From Minisyncoccota bacterium (lineage in GTDB: Bacteria > Patescibacteriota > Minisyncoccia > Phycocordibacterales > JBAYGS01): a stretch of DNA of 64,000 nt. Location of the stretch: positions 89,942 through 153,941 of the forward strand of contig JBAYGS010000001.1 of the NCBI GenBank assembly GCA_041666545.1. Direction: 5' to 3'. A model generated the notes under the pieces. It was not told the DNA's origin. It ran no database searches and was given only the letters and a program-made list of their open reading frames with translations. Position numbers and translations under genes: made by a program. Position 1 is the stretch's first letter. The number at the start of each line of letters is the position of its first letter. Positions 46,820 through 55,601 of the stretch are shown one piece after another.

Positions 46820-47092
46820 CATTAACGCAATACATTATAATTTACGGTCGTAAATTATAATGTATGGGGGTAGGTCGGGAGCTAAAGTTTTGGTTTTAAT
46901 GACCCCCTCCCCGGCCTCCGCCAAGCCTCCGACCGGGGTTTCCTTTCAAGGCATCAGAATGATTACGGCTTAGCACATCAGAATGCGCTAAGCCGTTGCC
47001 CATTCAGCCCCGCCCTAGAGGGGGAAGAGTCGGACGGGGTTTCCTGGGATTGAAAAAACTCCGAGGCGACCCGCTTCGGAGTTTGTTGCAGA

Positions 47093-47479
47093 TTATTCGA
47101 TTACCGTGGTACTGCCGGCGCGCCCCTTAGTACCCTGCCAGCCCGAACCGTTGACCTCGGACAGAGAGCGGAGATGAATCTCCATTTCCTCGGCCATTCC
47201 CATCCTGTTCATTTTAATCTTGACCCACATACTATCCTCCGGCCGGACATCGACAATAAACCGAGCCCGCTGACGGCGCAGGTAGAAGTCCCTGAGGACA
47301 TAGCTATTCGTGCCTTGCTCAACTAAAAACGAGAAGTGGGTTCCCGTATGCATAAAGACTTTTTCGACACGACCCTGCTCAATCCGCGTATTTTCACCGT
47401 TCGAGTCGTTGCAGGCTGGCAAGAGTAGCAACAGACTTAAAAGACTGGCACCGATAAGAATATTCCATATTTTTTTCAT
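47093..47479 (-). CDS. Putative lipoprotein
   Basis: MKKIWNILIGASLLSLLLLLPAC lipobox; GGAGAG RBS. Confidence 0.65.
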   Translation of the reverse strand: MKKIWNILIGASLLSLLLLLPACNDSNGENTRIEQGRVEKVFMHTGTHFSFLVEQGTNSYVLRDFYLRRQRARFIVDVRPEDSMWVKIKMNRMGMAEEMEIHLRSLSEVNGSGWQGTKGRAGSTTVIE

Positions 47480-47588
47480 AATAAGTACTCTCCATTTCTC
47501 TCCATATTTTGCATGACACAGTGTTTTTGTCAACCCTTGAAATTAAAAACCAGCAGGGGAGCGTGAGCTCCTCTGCTGGTCGAGGCGA

Positions 47589-47990
47589 CTATGCCCCCTC
47601 TAGGTATTTGACGGACCACGTCGGCCTGCCGTGGTCTTCACAGACCGGACGACCCCGGCATATGGCTGATGGCCGGTTGCCATTTTGTACGTGACATTCT
47701 GGCACCCAGTGCCAGACATCAGAGCAAACCGGATGATCAACCCACCAACGTTCCCAGTGACCGCCAAGAAGTCGGCGGACGATTCTGAGCTTGGGGAGTT
47801 GCAGGAAGAAGAACAGCAATCGGAGGAACCCCCTCCAAATGCCGAGCAACTTCCGGCCGGAAGAGATCTGCGGATTCCCCCGACGATGATGTTCGTGCCA
47901 CTCCATAACCAGAGCGGCGATAAGCCACCCCAGCACACAAGACACTACTAGGGTAACCCATAGCTCTGCGACTCCAACTAATGTTTTCAT
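47589..47990 (-). CDS. Hypothetical Trp/His/Cys-rich membrane protein
   Basis: AAGGA RBS, N-terminal TM, strong upstream promoter. Confidence 0.5.
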   Translation of the reverse strand: MKTLVGVAELWVTLVVSCVLGWLIAALVMEWHEHHRRGNPQISSGRKLLGIWRGFLRLLFFFLQLPKLRIVRRLLGGHWERWWVDHPVCSDVWHWVPECHVQNGNRPSAICRGRPVCEDHGRPTWSVKYLEGA

Positions 47991-48215
47991 AACTTTTCCT
48001 TAAGTTAGTTTGCGGCCAATTCTATGCCGTCCGTATCAGAGTCTCGGATGACTCATGGCTTGTCGCTAATTATGATAGAGCGACACGCAAAGAGTTGACC
48101 ACACAGTGACCAACCCGACATCGCCGGCCTTTTCTCTCCGGCGATACCAAATTCCTATAATTCATAAGTAGGGAGCTGGTATCGCTAGAGAGAGTTTTAA
48201 AGATCAATTTTGGCT

Positions 48216-48244
48216 ATTATAGCATAAACGGTGTACTTTGTCAA
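48216..48244 (-). promoter_or_regulatory. Consensus sigma70 promoter
   Basis: TTGACA-17-TATAAT with extended TG. Confidence 0.8.
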
Positions 48245-48281
48245 TCATTGGCAGCCCTATCGGATATGCTAATATACAGGA

Positions 48282-48462
48282 AAGCATTGATGCCTAAAAC
48301 AAGGCGGAGCTTGGGGAAGAAAGGGTACAAATACCTGATTAGACCCTCACGGGTGGCCCGTTAAAGCCTAAAAGAGAAATAAGCGAGGTGGTACCGCGGC
48401 GAATCATCGCACGCCCTTGCAAGAACGAAAATCGTTTCGTTTTTGCAAGGGCGTTTTATTTT
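48282..48462 (+). ncRNA. T-box riboswitch with ultrashort Stem I, AAC (Asn) specifier, upstream of aspS
   Basis: K-turn AAGC-AUU-GA-UGCCU-[AAAACA]-AGGCG-GA-GCUU; IIA/B ACGG-GUGGC-CCGU-UAAA-GCC; GCGAGG-UGGUACC-GCG..CGC-CCUUGC; terminator ACGCCCUUGCAA...UUGCAAGGGCGU plus U run. Confidence 0.88.
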
Positions 48463-48487
48463 ATATTATTAACTATTCACCATTAAC

Positions 48488-49816
48488 ATGGAAAGAGCAT
48501 ACATCAAGGACTTAAAAACCAAGGTAGGCGAGGAAGTTACAATCGCCGGTTTTGTCGATATCAGGCGAGATCACGGCAAGCTGATTTTTATGGATTTGCG
48601 AGATGTCACCGGCAAAGTTCAGATGGTAATTTTGCCAAACCATAAGGAGGCGCAAGAGGTGGCAAAGGAATCGCGGCCGGAGTGGGTACTGGAAATCAAG
48701 GGCAAGGTGAACGCCCGGCCCGAGAAAATGATTAACAAGGATGAGCTTAATGGGACAATTGAAATTGAGGCGCTTGAAGTAAAGGTGCTCGGCAAAGCCC
48801 AAGAATTGCCGTTTGAAAAAAATACTGAAGTTAACATCGACACTTATCTCGACAACCTACCTTTCACCTTGCGCAAGGATCGCTCCCGAGCCATCTTCAA
48901 AGTTCAGTCACAAATCATGAAGAGTTTTCGCAATTATTTTATGAGCGAGGGCTTCATTGAATTTCAGGCCCCAAAGCTTATCGGTGACGATGCTGAAGGT
49001 GGAGCCAACTCTTTTGACATTACCTACTTCAAGCATGTGGCCCACTTGGCGCAAAGCCCACAGCTTTACAAACAAATTATGGTGGGAGTTTTTGAGCGAG
49101 TTTTCACTTCCGGCAACGTCTACCGAGCCGAGAAGCACAGTACCACTCGCCACTTAAACGAGTACACCTCGCTCGATATTGAAATGGGCTTCATCAAAGA
49201 CCACACAGATGTGATGCTGACCGAGACTGGCTTCCTCCAAAAATTGGAGGCTGACTTACAGGCCAACTGCGCCGGTGAGTTCGCCACCTTGAAAGCCGAA
49301 ATTCCAAGAGTACCAAAAGAAATTCCGGCTCTGTCTTTGCGAGAGGCCCAGAAATTGATTACCAAGGAGACCGGTAAGGATTGCACCCATGAGCCGGATC
49401 TCGAGCCGGAGCATGAAAGATGGCTCTGTGAATATGCCAAAAAAGAGTTTGGTTCAGATTTTATCTTCGTCACCAATTTCCCGACTGCTAAAAGGCCTTT
49501 TTACACCTATCGAGATGAGAAAGACCCGACCTACACCAAAGGCTTCGACCTTTTGTTCAGGGGAGTGGAAATTACGACCGGTGCCCAGCGAATCCACGAC
49601 TATGACGCTCTGGTTTCTTCGATGAAAGAGAAAGGATTAAATCCGGAGAAATTTGCTTTCTACCTTCAGGCCTTCAAATACGGCATGCCGCCGCACGGTG
49701 GTTTCGGCTTGGGCTTGGAGAGATTGACCCAAAAAATGCTTGGCTTGGACAACGTGAAAGAAGCTACTCTTTTCCCACGAGACCTAAACCGAATTGACGT
49801 CCGATTGTCGGAGTAG
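48488..49816 (+). CDS. aspS: Aspartate--tRNA ligase, short type, probably non-discriminating (Asp/Asn)
   Basis: LAQSPQLYKQ, YRAE.H.T.RHLNE, G.QRIHD, YGMPPHGGFGLGLER; no GAD insertion. Confidence 0.9.
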   Translation: MERAYIKDLKTKVGEEVTIAGFVDIRRDHGKLIFMDLRDVTGKVQMVILPNHKEAQEVAKESRPEWVLEIKGKVNARPEKMINKDELNGTIEIEALEVKVLGKAQELPFEKNTEVNIDTYLDNLPFTLRKDRSRAIFKVQSQIMKSFRNYFMSEGFIEFQAPKLIGDDAEGGANSFDITYFKHVAHLAQSPQLYKQIMVGVFERVFTSGNVYRAEKHSTTRHLNEYTSLDIEMGFIKDHTDVMLTETGFLQKLEADLQANCAGEFATLKAEIPRVPKEIPALSLREAQKLITKETGKDCTHEPDLEPEHERWLCEYAKKEFGSDFIFVTNFPTAKRPFYTYRDEKDPTYTKGFDLLFRGVEITTGAQRIHDYDALVSSMKEKGLNPEKFAFYLQAFKYGMPPHGGFGLGLERLTQKMLGLDNVKEATLFPRDLNRIDVRLSE

Positions 49817-50425
49817 ACTTTCGGTAAAAACTCTTGAAGAAAGCGGAGCAGCTAAAACTGATTCGAGTCGGCGCAAGGAGCAGGTCAGATCGTCCTGAAT
49901 CCTGCAGGTGGTTTTGACTTTCACAATTGCTTCAATCTGCCGATAATAGGAAAGTTTACGCTCAATGGAAGCGCCGAATTTCTTCCAAATCTGTGGCCCG
50001 CACTTCTCATAAGTTGCGACCAGTGAATCCAAATTCTGAATTGTGTCCGCTGCTGAAATCAAAACTGCACCCTCGGTGGCAGAGGACAACCTCGCCAGGT
50101 AACCGGCCTTACGCTCTTGCCAACTTTCCTTGAAGCAACCGCTCGCATCGGCGGTCCGTTTTTCCGTCACACTATCAACTAAATCTGCCACACCTTGCCC
50201 AAATTCTCGAGTCAGATAGTCGATTGAATAACTGAAATTATCTTCAACCGTATCGTGAAGCAGGGCGGCGCAAAGTAAATCCTCATTTTCAGTGTATTGT
50301 GAAAGAATCAGCATCACCGCAAAAGGATGAACGACGTAGGGTAGATCAAGGCCTACTCGCTTGAAGTCGCGATGGGCAAGCGCCGAGACATCGATGGCCT
50401 TTTGAATTTTGGGTGTAAAAATCAT
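49784..50425 (-). CDS. HD-domain small alarmone hydrolase (Mesh1/SpoT-HD-like)
   Basis: AH...R....PYVVHP, AALLHDTVED, AD...NL. Confidence 0.8.
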   Translation of the reverse strand: MIFTPKIQKAIDVSALAHRDFKRVGLDLPYVVHPFAVMLILSQYTENEDLLCAALLHDTVEDNFSYSIDYLTREFGQGVADLVDSVTEKRTADASGCFKESWQERKAGYLARLSSATEGAVLISAADTIQNLDSLVATYEKCGPQIWKKFGASIERKLSYYRQIEAIVKVKTTCRIQDDLTCSLRRLESVLAAPLSSRVFTESLLRQSDVNSV

Positions 50426-50653
50426 AAGAACTATTTTTGATTAGAATTTTGAGAAAAAAATACATCCGCCGGAGCGGAGGGAAGTAGTAGTATAACAAAG
50501 AGAAAATCCAAAACTCAAAAAAACTGTGGACAACCCCGTGCCCAAGGTGGGGAATAATCAGGCACCAAGAAACAATAACCAAGGATAGAGAAAAGAGGTA
50601 TGGGAAATAATCAATATCTTGAGGAAATGGCCTTTTTGGGTTATATTTCAAGG

Positions 50654-51385
50654 ATGATTGGCGCAACCTATCAGGTGAAAACCGCTGTTTTTGAAGGCCC
50701 TTTAGACCTGCTCCTGCAATTGATTGAGAAGCGTAAGCTGCTGATTAATGATATCGCCCTTTCGAAAGTAGCTGACGACTATATTGCCTATATTAAAGGC
50801 CTGGGACAATTTCCGGTCGGGGAGGCGGCCCACTTTGTCCTGATTGCTTCGACACTTTTGCTTATCAAGTCGAAATCGCTTCTGCCGACCCTGGAGCTAA
50901 CCGAAGAAGAGCGGGGTGACATCAGAGATTTGGAATTGCGACTTAAGATTTATCAACGCTTCAAAGCCTTGGCAACCATGATTCGGCCCAAACTTGGAGC
51001 CACACCATTATTTTTATCAGAGCCTCGACCAACAGCTCCGATTTTTTCGCCAAGCGCCGACATTACTCTGGAATCCTTGCTTGGCGCCATTCATAACACC
51101 CTACAAAACTTGCCAAAGAAGCAATTTGTACCCAAGGCGGTTGTCGACAAAGTTATCAGCCTTGAAGAAATGATCGGCAACCTAACCCAACGAATCAGTA
51201 GGAATCTGAAAATGAGCTTTAAGGAATTCTCCGGTTTCGGCAAAGCCGGGAAAGTTAATATCATCGTCGGTTTTTTGGCAATGCTCGAGCTCGTCAAGCA
51301 GGGTAGCATCCAGGTCAGACAAGAAAGACAGTTCGATGACATTTTTATGGAGACCAATCACGTCGGCTTACCAACTTATAATTAA
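50654..51385 (+). CDS. scpA: Segregation and condensation protein A
   Basis: FEGPLDLLL.LI, FLAMLEL.K. Confidence 0.92.
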   Translation: MIGATYQVKTAVFEGPLDLLLQLIEKRKLLINDIALSKVADDYIAYIKGLGQFPVGEAAHFVLIASTLLLIKSKSLLPTLELTEEERGDIRDLELRLKIYQRFKALATMIRPKLGATPLFLSEPRPTAPIFSPSADITLESLLGAIHNTLQNLPKKQFVPKAVVDKVISLEEMIGNLTQRISRNLKMSFKEFSGFGKAGKVNIIVGFLAMLELVKQGSIQVRQERQFDDIFMETNHVGLPTYN

Positions 51386-51389
51386 TCAA

Positions 51390-51998
51390 ATGGAAAAGGA
51401 AACTCTAAACTTAATCGAGGCAGTCTTGTTTTGGCAAAGCGAGCCGATCACTGTCAAAAAACTGGCCGGCATGGTCAAAGTTTCCATTCCTGAACTCGAA
51501 AGCCGGCTCGCCGAACTTGCAACCAACCTGGAAACTCGTGGTGTTCGACTGGTGAGGAAAGACGACGAAGTCACACTCGCCACCGCACCCAATGCTTCGA
51601 CCCTGATTCAAGAGCTGACTAAAGAAGAGCTGACACGAGAACTTGGTAAGGCCGGTCTCGAGACTTTGGCGATTGTGCTATATCAAGGACCGATTACCAG
51701 ATCAGAAATTGATTATGTTAGAGGTGTCAATTCAAGTTTTATCTTAAGAAATCTCTCAATCCGAGGCTTAGTTGAAAGAATCAGCGATCCCAAAGATGAG
51801 CGCCGCTTCTTGTATCGACCAACCTTCGAATTGCTAACCCTCTTGGGTATCAGCAAAATCAGTGACTTACCTGAATACGGGGCGGTCAAAAAGGAACTTG
51901 AGGCCTTTCAAACTGAAAAGGCGACAAGTGAGGGTAAGCTCGAAGCGCCCGAGCAGGCGAGCCATCAGGATGAGAACAACCAAAATGCCACCCAGTAA
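51390..51998 (+). CDS. scpB: Segregation and condensation protein B
   Basis: IEAVLF, LETLAIV.Y..PITR..ID..RGVNS. Confidence 0.92.
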   Translation: MEKETLNLIEAVLFWQSEPITVKKLAGMVKVSIPELESRLAELATNLETRGVRLVRKDDEVTLATAPNASTLIQELTKEELTRELGKAGLETLAIVLYQGPITRSEIDYVRGVNSSFILRNLSIRGLVERISDPKDERRFLYRPTFELLTLLGISKISDLPEYGAVKKELEAFQTEKATSEGKLEAPEQASHQDENNQNATQ

Positions 51999-52983
51999 TC
52001 AAAACTACATAATTTTCTGGAAAAAATACTACCCGACAATTTTTTCGGTGGCGGTTATTTTAATTATTTTTGCGATTATCCGAGGTCTCATCAGTTATTC
52101 GGAAATTAAAGTTGCAGAAGAGAAAACCAAGGTCGAGCTAATCGCCAAACAAGAAGCCGCCAACCCTTTCAAGTCAATTGAGCTCGGGGCCAGGGCAGCC
52201 TATGTCTTCGACCTTACGACCGGCAGGGAGATTTTCAGTAAGAACGCCGAGGCGCAACTGCCTTTGGCTTCGCTCACGAAAACCATGGCGGCAATCGTCG
52301 CTCTCGAGGCGGTACCAGATTTTACAAATATTAGAATTAGCAACTCTTCACTTCGAGAAGAAGGGGACAGTGGCCTTAAAGTCGGGGAGGACTGGCCACT
52401 TCGCAAAATTCTAGGTTTTTCACTTACCGCCTCATCAAATGACGGAGTAAGAGCCATCGCCGAGACCATCGGCGAACAGGCACTAAACCAAAACCAAACT
52501 GCCGATTTATCCGATCGAGGTAAATTTGTTAACCTGATGAATCAGAAGTCAAATACCCTCGGACTGTCCCAAACCTTTTTCCTCAACGAAACCGGACTTG
52601 ATGTAAGCAGTAGCACAAGTGGCGCCTATGGCTCTGCGCGGGATGTCGCCAAACTGTTTGGCTATGCCCTAAACAGACATGCAGATGTTTTTCTGGATAC
52701 CGGTTATCCTGATTTTTCTGTTAAAATTAATGATGGTATCCATATCGCGAAAAATACCAACAAAATCGTTTCGGAAATTAGCGGCCTCGTCGCCTCTAAG
52801 ACCGGCTTCACCGATTTGGCCGGCGGCAACTTGGTAATCGCTTTCGATGCCGGCCTGATGCACCCGGTCATTGTTTCCATTTTGGGATCAACTGAAACCG
52901 GCCGGTTCGATGACGCACTGGCGCTTGTCAAATCCGCCATTGAGTATCTCGGAGACCACGAACCTAGAGTAAACTCTAAATAA
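51985..52983 (+). CDS. D-alanyl-D-alanine carboxypeptidase (S11)
   Basis: ASLTK, SSN, KTGFT; N-terminal TM; start could be 51970. Confidence 0.88.
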   Translation: MPPSNQNYIIFWKKYYPTIFSVAVILIIFAIIRGLISYSEIKVAEEKTKVELIAKQEAANPFKSIELGARAAYVFDLTTGREIFSKNAEAQLPLASLTKTMAAIVALEAVPDFTNIRISNSSLREEGDSGLKVGEDWPLRKILGFSLTASSNDGVRAIAETIGEQALNQNQTADLSDRGKFVNLMNQKSNTLGLSQTFFLNETGLDVSSSTSGAYGSARDVAKLFGYALNRHADVFLDTGYPDFSVKINDGIHIAKNTNKIVSEISGLVASKTGFTDLAGGNLVIAFDAGLMHPVIVSILGSTETGRFDDALALVKSAIEYLGDHEPRVNSK

Positions 52984-52989
52984 GACTAA

Positions 52990-54063
52990 ATGATAATCGA
53001 CATCGTAAAAATTTTTATTCCGGCCGCACTTTCCTTCATCATCGGAATTTTACTGACCCCATCTCTAACCGCCATTTTGTATCGAAAGGAAATGTGGAAA
53101 AAAAAGGCCAAGACCGTCTCTTTTGACGGCAGTAGCACGCCAATTTTTAATAAGCTTCACCAGGTCCGCGAGACCAGCACACCCCGATTAGGTGGCATCA
53201 TTATTTGGGGCTCAACTGCCATTACGGTAATTTTCATTTGGCTTTTGGCTCGGTTTTTCCCTTCGGACTTTACGCAAAAATTGGACTTTTTAAGTCGCTC
53301 ACAAACCTGGGTACCGCTCTTTGCGATGGTTTTCGGCGGCCTGGTCGGCTGGGTCGATGACCTTTTGGACATCCGTGGCACCGGTGATCATATTGCCGGC
53401 GGGCTCTCATTGAAGAAACGCCTCTTGATTGTCGGCTTCGTCGCCTTGCTATCGGCCCTCTGGTTTTACTTTAAGCTCGGCATCACTTCAATCGGTCTCC
53501 CGTTTGGTGGGGAATTGCAGATTGGCTGGCTCTTCGTGCCACTCTTTGTTATTGTTGCGGCCGCCATCTACTCTGGCGGTATCATCGATGGGCTCGATGG
53601 TTTGGCCGGTGGAATTTTTGCGGCAATTTTTGCCGCCTACGCCGGCATTGCTTTCTACCAGCAACAAATCAACTTGGCGGCTTTTTGCGTGACGATCGTC
53701 GGCGCCATTCTCGCTTTCCTTTGGTTCAATATCCCGCCGGCGCGATTTTATATGTCCGAGACCGGTAGCATGGCCCTGACGATTACCCTCACGATTGTGG
53801 CGTTTATGACAGACGCAGTTGGTGAAGGGCACGGACTGATTGTTTTGCCAATTATCGCCTTTCCACTCGTCATTACCACAGCCTCTGTTATTATCCAGTA
53901 TATATCAAAAAAATTCCGAAATGGGAAAAAAGTTTTTCTGGTCGCGCCTTTGCATCACCACTTCGAGGCGCTCGGTTGGCCGGCCTATAAAGTCACCATG
54001 CGCTACTGGGTTTTAGGTGTCGTCTTTGCCATTATCGGTCTAATCCTCGGACTAATTGGCTAG
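52990..54063 (+). CDS. mraY: Phospho-N-acetylmuramoyl-pentapeptide transferase
   Basis: TPRLGG, GWVDD, DGLDGL, FLWFN..PA, APLHHHFE. Confidence 0.93.
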   Translation: MIIDIVKIFIPAALSFIIGILLTPSLTAILYRKEMWKKKAKTVSFDGSSTPIFNKLHQVRETSTPRLGGIIIWGSTAITVIFIWLLARFFPSDFTQKLDFLSRSQTWVPLFAMVFGGLVGWVDDLLDIRGTGDHIAGGLSLKKRLLIVGFVALLSALWFYFKLGITSIGLPFGGELQIGWLFVPLFVIVAAAIYSGGIIDGLDGLAGGIFAAIFAAYAGIAFYQQQINLAAFCVTIVGAILAFLWFNIPPARFYMSETGSMALTITLTIVAFMTDAVGEGHGLIVLPIIAFPLVITTASVIIQYISKKFRNGKKVFLVAPLHHHFEALGWPAYKVTMRYWVLGVVFAIIGLILGLIG

Positions 54064-54065
54064 GT

Positions 54066-55160
54066 ATGCGCGATAAACCTCTCGACAAACCTTTTTTAGT
54101 TGCGGTTTTCCTGCTTGCAGCTGTCGGCCTTTTGATTTTCATTTCTGCCTCGATGGGGCTACTCGCGAGAACCGGGGCAAGTTTTAGCAGTACCGCCTTT
54201 AACCAAATTGTCTTCGGACTGGTCTTTGGCTCTATCGCCGCCTATCTCACTTCAAGATTAAATTACAAATTCTGGCGAACTTACGCTTTTTATATCTTTC
54301 TCGGCTCGCTGCTTGTGAGCCTGCTGGTCTATGTTCCAGGACTCGGTTTCAGTCATGGGGGAGCCACCCGTTGGATAATTGTTGCCGGAATTTCCTTCCA
54401 GCCGGCCGAGCTGATTAAAATCGGCTTCATCATTTATTTTGCCGCCTGGCTATCCGGTGTGAAGGAGAAGATAAAATTATTCAGGTTTGGCATGTTGCCA
54501 TTTTTGATTATTGTCGGGCTTGTCGGGGCCATCCTCTTGGCCCAGCCAGACACCGACACTTTTATGGTTATTTTTGCTGCCGGCTTGGCAATGTTTATTT
54601 CGGAAGGTGGCCGTTTTAGAGATATCCTCATTCTGGGAATTTTATCACTCCTTGCCATCGGTCTCCTCGCGATGCAGCGACCATATTTGATGTCACGGAT
54701 TACAGTCTTTTTAAACCCGGCCAGCGACCCTTTGGGTGCCGGCTATCAGATCCAGCAGTCCTTAATCGCCATTGGGTCGGGCCAAATCACGGGGCGCGGT
54801 TTCGGACAGAGTATTCAAAAATTTAACTTCTTACCAGAACCGATTGGGGACTCGATTTTCGCGGTAGCCGGAGAAGAATTTGGCTTCGTGGGGACAGTCT
54901 CGCTTTTACTTCTATTTTTGTACTTTACTTTGCGTGGGCTTAAAATCGGAACCCAAGCACCGGACGCCTTCAGTAGACTCGTAGTGGTCGGCATTGTTAT
55001 ACTTATCATTATCCAAGCCTATCTGAACATCGGCGCGATGCTTGGTCTTCTGCCACTTTCCGGAATTACTCTACCTTTCGTGAGTCACGGCGGCACAGCA
55101 CTCTTCTTTGTCCTGGCAGAAATTGGAATTATTTTGAACATTTCTAGATATAGTAAGTAG
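54066..55160 (+). CDS. ftsW: SEDS peptidoglycan polymerase FtsW
   Basis: GATRW, FQPAE..K, QPD, GYQ..QS, LPFVS.GG. Confidence 0.92.
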   Translation: MRDKPLDKPFLVAVFLLAAVGLLIFISASMGLLARTGASFSSTAFNQIVFGLVFGSIAAYLTSRLNYKFWRTYAFYIFLGSLLVSLLVYVPGLGFSHGGATRWIIVAGISFQPAELIKIGFIIYFAAWLSGVKEKIKLFRFGMLPFLIIVGLVGAILLAQPDTDTFMVIFAAGLAMFISEGGRFRDILILGILSLLAIGLLAMQRPYLMSRITVFLNPASDPLGAGYQIQQSLIAIGSGQITGRGFGQSIQKFNFLPEPIGDSIFAVAGEEFGFVGTVSLLLLFLYFTLRGLKIGTQAPDAFSRLVVVGIVILIIIQAYLNIGAMLGLLPLSGITLPFVSHGGTALFFVLAEIGIILNISRYSK

Positions 55161-55182
55161 TTAGTAGTAAGTAGTAAGTAGG
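55151..55182 (+). repeat. Heptamer array (TAGTWAG)n, left arm of inverted pair
   Basis: Complementary to 55564-55598. Confidence 0.85.
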
Positions 55183-55200
55183 AAATGCAGAATAGCGGAA

Positions 55201-55578
55201 ATGGAAAAAAGTTATAAAAAACTTATTGTGTGGCAAAAAGGAGTTGACCTGGTGACAGAGATTTATGCACTTACCGCGAAACTGCCCAGGTCAGAAACCT
55301 ACGGATTAATTTCACAAATCCAACGATCCGCCGTCTCGATTCCGTCAAATATAACTGAAGGAAGCCGGCGACGGAGCAAGAAGGATTTTCAGCACTTCCT
55401 AAGTATTTCCTTTGGCTCAGGGTCAGAACTTGAAACACAAATTGAAATCTTAAGACGCTTGCCTTTTGGTAAAAATCTAAAGTATGAGAAAATTGATTCA
55501 TTGCTAACCGAAATCATGAAAATGCTTAATGTGATGGTGTATGGGAGCAAAATTCATTCTGAACCTACTAACTACTAA
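55201..55578 (+). CDS. Four-helix-bundle protein (23S rRNA IVP/bAvd-like family)
   Basis: YKKLIVWQK, P..E.YGL.SQI.RSAVSIPSNI.EG, GS..ELETQ. Confidence 0.9.
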   Translation: MEKSYKKLIVWQKGVDLVTEIYALTAKLPRSETYGLISQIQRSAVSIPSNITEGSRRRSKKDFQHFLSISFGSGSELETQIEILRRLPFGKNLKYEKIDSLLTEIMKMLNVMVYGSKIHSEPTNY

Positions 55579-55598
55579 CTACTTACTACTAACTACTA
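55564..55598 (+). repeat. Heptamer array (CTWACTA)n, right arm of inverted pair
   Basis: CCTACTAACTACTAACTACTTACTACTAACTACTA. Confidence 0.85.
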
Positions 55599-55601
55599 GC
55601 T

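Noticed and set aside
55201-55578. Diversity-generating retroelement (Avd-like protein)
   Set aside because: No reverse transcriptase or TR/VR pair with adenine-specific mismatches seen; the HK-tail copies differ at synonymous sites, not adenine-specifically.
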